Part shown: positions 55,083 through 64,000 of the stretch, in pieces
Position numbering within the stretch: the stretch's first letter is position 1
Layout of the letters: every line of letters begins with the position of its first letter
Source: Eledone cirrhosa
Taxonomy: Eukaryota
Assembly: GCA_964016885.1 (NCBI GenBank)
Contig: OZ024749.1
Location: 43,710,001-43,774,000 of the forward strand
DNA: 64,000 bases
Direction of reading: 5' to 3'
The notes under the pieces: generated by a model
The model's database searches: none
The model's input: only the letters and a program-made list of their open reading frames with translations
Told to the model about the DNA's origin: nothing
Translations under genes and position numbers: made by a program

Positions 55083-57354
55083 TGCGAAGATCTACTGCGA
55101 GCATATGCGCATCGAAATCAACGGATGATCTCTCAACATGCCACTGAGAGAAATTTCAAGATTTATTTTCGCTGTCCTTCACGCCCATGTTGTGTCTCAC
55201 CCCTTCACTATGTACAATGTCTCAGATCACTGATCCTTGATCTCATAAATCCTAATGGAGTCACAAAGGTTCTGCCATACGGCGTGTCTTGGGCATATTT
55301 TTAGAGCCAGGTTTGACCACAACCGATTCCTTACAAAGAGAGAAATAGGGTTGTGTGGGGGTTCAGAAGAATTGACTCCAGTACTTAATTAGTGTTTTCT
55401 TCAAAGACCGCGATATGAGGAAGGGCGAAGTCGGCTTCCCTGTGACTCGAACTCAAAGCGCAGAGAGACGGAACTAATACCACAGAGTATTCCATTTGAT
55501 GTCTTAACAAATAACTCTGCCAACTCACCTCCTCTCGTACACAATGTACTTTACCATATAAATCAACCCCCTTAAGAACGCTATTCCTGTTTGTCTATTT
55601 GCTTCCTACAACTACTTACTTTCAAAAGACTGGACACAATATTACCATCGTTGCCTCCCCCTTGCTAACCTTATGGGATTCTAGAAAGTACCAGTGAACT
55701 ATCTTCCCCCTTTTTCTTCCAGTCAATGATTTATAAACTCCCTAAAGATTTCATCAATCAAAGCAAGCTATCATTAAGGATGAGAATATAAGTCTCTTGT
55801 TCTCCTTTCGCCTCAAGCTGTCAAAAGAATTCCCTTTATAAATCATTTCGAAAACATTTTCCACTCAGATTAGAAAACAGATTTATTGCTTACACATTTT
55901 TTACGTTTTTATTTTTATGTTTTTAAACAAAGTTTTGCATTTCTATAAACTTGGATTAGAAAATGTAAAATAGAGTTTAAATTTTCGGCTGCATTTAATA
56001 AATGAAAGTATATATGTTCTCTGTGAATTGATCAACCAACCACCAGATGGGTGTGTGGATTGATTCATCCATTGTTAATCCGTGTTGAAAAGTGAACACA
56101 CGTTAAAATGTTCTTTCTGATGGAATGGCGTGAGAGAAAGACCTCGCAATATAAACGCCTCCATTTTCTAAATACAGATTTTTATTTTAAAAGCAAAATA
56201 AATGTTTGTTTGCTTGTTTTTTTTTATATTTTTAATGTAAAATATTCACAATATTGAAAAGAAAATATTGTTTTGATTAGTAAATAATAACTTCTCAAAT
56301 TTTATTGACGACAACAGCATGGAGATTTTCAAAGAGAAAATTTACAAAAATAAAAACGCCAAACCCAGCAGCCATCTTGTGTTTCAAACATCATCATTAT
56401 CATCATCTATTATGTGTGAAATGCATAATAATAATTCTAAGTATAAAGATATTCGAAAATCACTTTGAAAAGATTTTTGATTTCAAATGCAAGTGGAAAA
56501 TGTTATTGTTTGGTCTAAATACTATATTAACGATAGTATTACAGAGCAGTAACTGTTGTGGAGAACCACACAGTTTTTTAAAGATATCACATTTATTTGT
56601 TGAAACTGTAATAAACAGAAAAGATTCGTAAGATAAATATATATATACACCTTAAAATAAGCACATAAGAGAAAGGGGTGGTGTGAAACTGAGTATAAGA
56701 TACTGACAATTATAATAGTGAAGATATAGAACCTCTTGTAATATATAGAAGTCGAATTCTATTGGATATTTCAAACCCCGTTTCAACGAAATATATCGTA
56801 TGAAAAAATAAGTATTCAAATTTGTTACAATTCGTTTTTGTAATTTTGTACTTCAATTTTGGATGTGGTTTAAACATCGTCACTCGCTGCATTTTTTTCT
56901 GATAAAACATAACACAACTAGAATCTACTCACCGAATTAAAGTATTTTTGAAAATGCTACTGTAGTTGTTATTGCTATTGTTTTTTGTCGCTGTGGTTGT
57001 TGTTATTATTGTTGTTGTTGTGATTGTTGGTGGTGGTGGTGGTAGTGGTGGTGGTAGTGGTTTAAAAATGAAACTGTAGTTTGTTAGGTTTCTTTCACGA
57101 ATGCATTGCGATAATCGATTTAGCCGTTTATTTTCGTTCAAAGTGTTTTAGCTGTTATCTTCTTTCATTATTCCAAAGACCTTTAAAAGTGTTGATTGAT
57201 TAAAAGATTACTATATTTTCATACAATATTGTCGTTGTTGTCGTTGTTGTTTTTATCTTATTTCATTTTGTTATATTTTATTTTGTTTTGTTTTCGTTAT
57301 ATATTTATAAATTTCATTGAAAGAAAGAAATAAGATTTCTGAACATTTTGCATT

Positions 57355-57790
57355 ATATTAAAATATTTATATTTCGACCTCAACTATTTAAAAATATTTA
57401 TGTTCCGATCTCAACTATTTTAAGATATTAAATATTTATGTTAGACCTTAACTATTTTAAAATACTAAATATTTATGTTTAAACCTCAACTATTGAAAAA
57501 ATATTAAGAATGTTTGTTTAGAGTTCAACTATTTAAAATATTAAATATTTATGTTTAAACCTCAACTATTTAAAAATATTAAAATATTTATGTTACGACC
57601 TTAATTATTTTAAAATATTAAAATATTTATCTTTAGACCTTAACTATTTAAAATATTAAAATATTTATGTTCCGACCTCAACTATTTAAAAATATTAAAT
57701 ATTTATGTTTAGACCTCAAATATTTTAAAATATTAAATATTTATGTTACGATCCTAACTATTTTGAAATATTAAAATGTTTATGTAACGC
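57355..57790. repeat. AT-rich ~39-bp minisatellite, about 11 copies
   Basis: Unit approximately aaaatattaaatatttatgtttagacctcaactattt. Confidence 0.9.
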
Positions 57791-58094
57791 TTTGAATCTT
57801 TCGACTCCAACTTGTTGGGTTCGATTCTTGGACAACCACTACCACCGCCACTAACACCACCACCACCAACTAAAACCTCCACCCCCACCACCACTAACAC
57901 CACCACCCCCACCACCACTAACACCACCACTAACACCACCACTCCCACCGCCACTAACACCATCACCCCACTAACACCTCCAACCCCACCACCCCTAACA
58001 CCATTGTTATATTTTAAGTCAGTCATGTTAATAATGACTGTTAATAATTCTTTAATATTTCTCATGTTTAGAACTAATTTCCATTATTAATCAG

Positions 58095-58116
58095 CATCAG
58101 CTGCTGCTGTTACTGC

Positions 58117-58151
<35 letters not shown>

Positions 58152-58850
58152 TTGTGGTGGTTACGTTTGCTGCTGTTACTAATGTTGCTGTTATTGATGC
58201 TGCTGCAGTTGCTGTTGTTGTTGTTGCTACTTTTGCTGCTGTTACTGGTGCTGCTGCTGCTGCTGCAGTTTCTGTTGTTGCTACGTTTCCTGCTGTTACT
58301 ACTGCTGCTGCTGTTACTGCTGCTGTTGTTGCTGTTGCTACGTTTGCTGCTTTTACTGCTGCTGCTGCTGCTGCCGTTGTTACTAATATTGCTGCTGTTA
58401 CTGATGCTGCTGCTGCTGTTGTTGCTATTTTTGCTGCTGTTACTGATGCCGTTGTTACTAATTTTGCTGCTGTTACTGATGCTGCTGCTGCTGTGGTTGT
58501 TATTTTTGCTGCTGTTACTGATGCTGCTGCTGCTGTTGTTGCTATTTTTGCTGCTGTTACTGATGCTGTTGTTACTGATGCTGTTGTTACTAATTTTGCT
58601 GCTGCTGCTGTTGTTGCTATTTTTGCTGCTGTTACTGATGCTGTTGTTACTGATGCTGTTGTTACTAATTTTGCTGCTGTTACTGATGCTGCTGCTGCTG
58701 CTGTTGTTGCTATTTTTGCTGCTGTTACTGCTGCTGCTGCTGCTGCTGCTGTTGTTATTTTTGCTGCTGTTACTGTGCTGTTGTTACTAATTTTGCTGCT
58801 GTTACTGATGCTGCTGCTATTGTTGTTAGTTTAACTGCTACTACTGCTGT
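58095..58850. repeat. (GCT/GTT)n compound minisatellite
   Basis: Direct. The poly-L and A/V/T ORFs are artefacts. Confidence 0.88.
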
Positions 58851-59262
58851 AGGTGTTGTTTTTCAGCTTCCCATTGGGATAATTTTATAACACGTTTTTA
58901 ATTCTAGTAGTTCTCTTCTGTTGACTATTTCGGTTTATTATATCTGCTGTTGTAGTTTAAATAATTATAATTGTTAATTTTCTTGTCTTTTTGTCTCTCT
59001 GTCAGGTCTAATTAATTTCTTTAATACTTTGACACTTCATTACATTAAAACTATTAGCGTTGGAATTTCTACTGCTAACTTATAAATGTCTAGTTTTGGT
59101 GTGAACTTTTAGTTCTTGTTTTAAAGGATTATTGCGATACATATACTGTATGCGATACATATACTGTGTGTGTGTGAATCTGTGTGTGTGTGCATATATA
59201 CACACACACATACACACATACAGACATATATATATATATATATAATTTTTTTTTTTTTTTTT

Positions 59263-59480
59263 TAACGATCGACTTTCGTCAAATCGGACCGAGGAAACAA
59301 TGTTTCCGTTGGTCTTTCCAGTTGCTAGTACTATCTATCGGTCGCAACTCCAGGTAGACGGAGCAACGTGAAATAAAGTGTCTTGCTCAAGGACATAACG
59401 CATCGCCCGGTCCAGGAATCGAACTCACAACCTCAGGATTGTGAATCCAATTTTCTAACCACTCAGCCACACGCCTTCAC
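59263..59480 (-). mobile_element. tRNA-derived SINE family B with poly(A) tail
   Basis: Reverse complement of 34836-35050; a T-run at 59246-59262 is the poly(A) tail. Confidence 0.88.
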
Positions 59481-59484
59481 TATA

Positions 59485-59624
<140 letters not shown>

Positions 59625-59626
59625 AC

Positions 59627-59663
<37 letters not shown>

Positions 59664-60009
59664 TTACATACACACATTTATACACCTAACATACACACAT
59701 TTTCTCTCCCTCTCATATGCTTATACACATTCTTTCTTCTAACTTTGATTTTGTACCTAATTGTGTATTAATTGTGTATGGTTGACGATATATCTAATCG
59801 ATTTCCACGTGCTATTAGAAATGGTGGGTAAATATTCTATGACTGTTGATCGCGGATAGATAGCTATCGTTTATTTATCTATTGTTTCTTCATAGGTGCC
59901 TTTTAATCTTATAGCCTGGTTTAATTGGTTTTTGTGTGGTTGATTATGCTGATTGGGAGAGGAAATAATGTATATATTTTATCAAATGATTCTCTGGACA
60001 TACTTTACC

Positions 60010-60047
<38 letters not shown>

Positions 60048-60223
60048 GAAGTAATTCCGTCGGAAAAGTCCAGGAAAAAAGAGTGCTCTATGTAGGTAAC
60101 AGAGCTTAATTATTATTATTATGTAATAAACAACATAAGGATTGAGGATTGAAAGCAAAACCTTTTGCTTTTAAGAAACCACTGGTAAATGGAATAATTG
60201 CCTTATGTTGTTTATTACATAAT

Positions 60224-60268
<45 letters not shown>

Positions 60269-60753
60269 TGGGTGTATACGTGTGTGTGTGTTTGTGTGTG
60301 TCGAGGCCATCTCTCTCTCTTTCACTCACTGTCTCTGTTTCTCTCGCTCTACATATCTCTCACTAGTATATACTAATGTAAGTACATCCCGCCGAAGTTG
60401 ACTTTGCCTTTCATCCTTACGGGGTCGATAAAATAAAGTACCAGTAATGCACTGGATAATTGCTGGCCTTGTGCCTAAAGTAGAAACAATTAATATAAGA
60501 AAGGATATTTTCTGTGTGTTCGCATATTTTAAACACTCATTCTTCGAACTTAAAAGCCTTTCCTCGTCTTTCCGTTTCAATTTGACCTTCGTTTGACCCC
60601 GCTACGGTTCCGAGCCAGAGACGTTGGAGAAACTTTCCAAGGGAGTTACGAAGGGTCATCTCAGTTTAAATGTAAAATAGACTTCCGGTTTATGTAGAAC
60701 ATTAGGGCAACTTACTCCTATCTATTGATAGAGTTGTTAAAAGTCTTGTAGTA

Positions 60754-60885
60754 TAATGGCTGAAAGTAGTGTAGTCTAATGGCTGAAAGTAGTGTAGTCT
60801 AATGGCGGAAGGTGTTGTAGTGTGATGGCCGAAAGTATTGTAGTGTGAAGGTTGAAAGTGTTGTAGTGTAATGGCGGAACTAGTG
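60754..60885. repeat. ~23-bp tandem repeat, about 6 copies
   Basis: taatggctgaaagtagtgtagtc and variants. Confidence 0.85.
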
Positions 60886-61007
60886 TATTTATAACAAGGC
60901 AGACCGGAAAATTGTTCAGTGTTGTAGGCTACGAAATAAGGCTAGAGCGTGATCGTGCGTGTGATTGTGCGTGTATGTGTGTGTGTGTTAGTTTGTGTGT
61001 TGTGTGA

Positions 61008-61080
<73 letters not shown>

Positions 61081-61404
61081 CGTGTGTGTGTGGTGTGAGA
61101 GAGAGTGTGTGTGCGTGTGTGAGAGAGAGAGAAAGAGTGTGTGAGTGTGTGTGTGTGTGTGTTTGAGTGTGAGTGTGTATGTGTATGTGAGAGGGAGAGA
61201 GAGAGAAAGAACGTGTGTATGGTGTGAGAGAGAGAGAGAGAGTGTGTGTGTGTGTGTGTGTGATGACTTCCATGACCTTTACAATAATATTTTTAATGTG
61301 AGTTAACCTCTTTTTAATAGTTCTTACAGGTCTGAATACAACAGATTTCTTCCACAAAAGGATAAAGAGTGAGAGAATAGAAGTAAGTAAAAGATATAGA
61401 GGAA

Positions 61405-61730
61405 GGATCGACCCCAGTACTACACTGGTACTTTTTTATCGACCTCAAATGGATGAAAGATAAAGTTAACCTCAGTGGGACTTGAACTCAGAGAGAAGGG
61501 AGCCGAAATATTACCGTGGCCTTCTGATCTTATATATTTCCTGGATTGGCAGTATCGGTAGACGGTCGGTCGCCATGCTTTGCAGCAAAGAGTTACGGCC
61601 CTTTATGGTCTGAGTTCAAATCCCGCCGAGGTTAACTTAGCCTTTCATCCTTACGGGGTCGATAAAATAAAATACCAGTAATACACTGGAATAATTGCTG
61701 GCCTTGTGCCAAAAGAAGAAATAATTATAT
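61405..61730. mobile_element. Head-to-head SINE A pair (older minus copy, younger plus copy)
   Basis: Minus core and B-box at ~61405-61510; plus full copy at ~61542-61730. Confidence 0.8.
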
Positions 61731-62228
61731 ATATACTGTATATATATGTGTGTGTGTGTGTCACCACCACCACCATCACCGCAACCACCACTATCATCAC
61801 CACGACAACAACTATTATCACCACCACAACAACTATTATCACCACCATACCACTACTATCACCACCACCACCACCATTATCACCACCACCACCACCATTA
61901 GCACCACAACAACCACCGTTATTATAATCATCATCACTAGCAACATTATCTTCTTCAAGACAGAGAGGGGGGGGGATAAAGAAAAAGAAAGAAGGAAATA
62001 CAAATGAAGACAGAAAGAAAGAATGTTATATGAGTGTTAGAGAGTAGGAAGACATAGGACATCAAGTAGTATGAGGTGTTGACGGACGGGGGGTAGTGCG
62101 GCAGAGGGTGGAACAGCCTGCCTTGATGCGTCACGTCAACAAACGTTACCTAGAAATTCCAATGCATTAACGTAATCTTTTTCCATTAAGCTATATAACA
62201 TTCTCTCTCTCTCTCTCTCTCTCTCTTG

Positions 62229-62278
<50 letters not shown>

Positions 62279-62295
62279 TTATCTCTCTCTCTCTA

Positions 62296-62344
<49 letters not shown>

Positions 62345-62518
62345 CTATCTCTCTATATCAGCCTGTAGGTTGAGGAAAAAGAGGAGGAGAGGAAAGGAGT
62401 ACAAACTCTTCGTACTCCTGGAGATGAGGGTCGCACATTTTTTTTTCGGGGGTATGTGTTACCCATATGAAATGACTCCCCCTATTGGGGAAAATCGACT
62501 AATTTTTATATATGTATA

Positions 62519-62790
62519 TACAATATTAAATAAATGGAAAACTATATTTATAAAACCATATTTATTTCATTATATATATTTCGGGGATATCATATTAACA
62601 ATATGCTATGCCTTCATCAGACAAAATACAATATAAACAGTTTTATAGATAAATATATTCGACATACCGTAATAAACATCAACTTCATCTGATGAAGGCA
62701 TAGCATATTGTTAATATGATATCCCCGAAATATATATAATGAAATAAATATGGTTTTATAAATATAGTTTTCCATTTATTTAATATTGTA
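62519..62790. mobile_element. Perfect 103-bp inverted repeat carrying a hammerhead on each strand (Penelope-like end)
   Basis: Arms at 62519-62621 and 62688-62790. Plus hammerhead 62684-62743: ttcat-CTGATGA-stemII-GAAA-t(atat)a-TA-atgaa. Minus hammerhead 62563-62628 has stem I tattttgt/atgaaata. Confidence 0.8.
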
Positions 62791-62962
62791 AATATACTCC
62801 AAGTATTTGTCGAGTGCTTTTATATCAGTTATAAATATTTACTAGTTGTAACCCAACAATTTTAAATATAACTTTACATGTATATATGTATATATATATA
62901 TATGTATGTATATATATAGATATATATGTATATATATGTATATATATATATATATGTGTATA

Positions 62963-63013
<51 letters not shown>

Positions 63014-63101
63014 AATATGGGTGAGAAGAATACTGCTGGTTGCACATGGATAACATGTTATAAAATGAGTCCCTCATCAGTGATTTACCAAACGATCATG
63101 G

Positions 63102-63191
<90 letters not shown>

Positions 63192-63247
63192 ATATATATG
63201 TTTATTTATATAGTAATAATAATAAATTTGAAGACTAAGATCCAATG

Positions 63248-63288
<41 letters not shown>

Positions 63289-63321
63289 TATATATAACTA
63301 TCTATCTGTGTGTCTTTCACT

Positions 63322-63370
<49 letters not shown>

Positions 63371-63749
63371 AGTGTGTGTGCCTGTGTGTGTTTGTGTGTT
63401 TGCGTGTGTGCCTGGGGGGGGGGGGGGGTAAGTGTGCATCCTAGCGATGACAGCTCGTGCTGTTTATCGTTATGTTGCAGTTGTTGCTGCAGCTGTTGCT
63501 GCAGCTGTTGTTGCTGCAGCTGTTGTACCTGCTGCTGCTGCTGCTGCTGCTGTTAGCCCTAGGTCAATCCTCATCGAGCCTGCATGCCTATGATCAAAAG
63601 ACATTCCTGCCGAAACCAACCGGTTAATTGTTCTCCGTGTGCAAGAAAGAGGTGACACCACATTATCTAGCATGTCTTTCTTTTTAGGGAGATTTGGTTA
63701 CTATTTCTAACATTTTATACCATCCTGTAAAGGTTTCGTTATGTCTCTT

Positions 63750-64000
63750 GGTGTTATTGGTGGTGTTGATGGTGGTGGTGGTGGTGGTGGAGGTGGTAAT
63801 AGTGATGGTAGTGGTGATGGTGGGGTTGGTGGTGGTGAAGGTAGTGGTGGTGGTGGTGGTGGTGGTGGTGGTGGTGGTAGTAATGGTGATGGCAGTGGTG
63901 ATGGTGGTGGTGGTAGTGGTAGTGGTGGTGGTATGGTGGTGGTGGTGGTGGTGGTGGTGGTAGTAATGGTGATGGTAGTGGTGATGGTGGTGGTGGTGGT
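63750..64000. repeat. (GGT)n compound trinucleotide repeat
   Basis: Direct. Confidence 0.9.

Noticed and set aside
62080-62180. Promoter-like patch with CRE-like gcgtcacgtca and X-box-like gttacctagaaa
   Set aside because: Short motifs only, with no identifiable downstream exon or transcript evidence.

Overview
This is AT-rich, intron/intergenic-like eukaryotic DNA, probably cephalopod (Octopus-like). That assignment is inferred from the very dense (TA)n/(CA)n/(CATA)n/trinucleotide microsatellites and the tRNA-derived SINE families. Nearly all ORFs in the supplied track are microsatellite translation artefacts. The one clearly protein-coding stretch is a 5'-truncated, stop-free 3' end of an RLE-type (R4/Dong-like) non-LTR retrotransposon at 18941-19897, sitting in a (CATA)n array. 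A divergent relative, missed by the ORF track, sits in another (CATA)n array at 27239-27563. The main hidden signal is catalytic-RNA-like structure. At least ten minimal type I hammerhead-ribozyme folds (complete, degenerate or half) from several unrelated short repeat families lie next to (TA)n tracts, often with inverted duplications typical of Penelope-like element ends. There is also a decayed HDV-like ribozyme fold (30762-30839) and a ~110-bp tandem repeat with a conserved multi-stem fold (48120-48530). Other features are more than 20 SINE copies (including head-to-head pairs and an 82-bp B-box multimer), mariner-type MITEs and a 66-bp satellite with 462-bp higher-order structure. Tentative + strand exons of a TNFR-like cysteine-rich protein lie at 50550 and 51647. 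All folds and alignments were done by eye, and boundaries of degenerate repeats are approximate.
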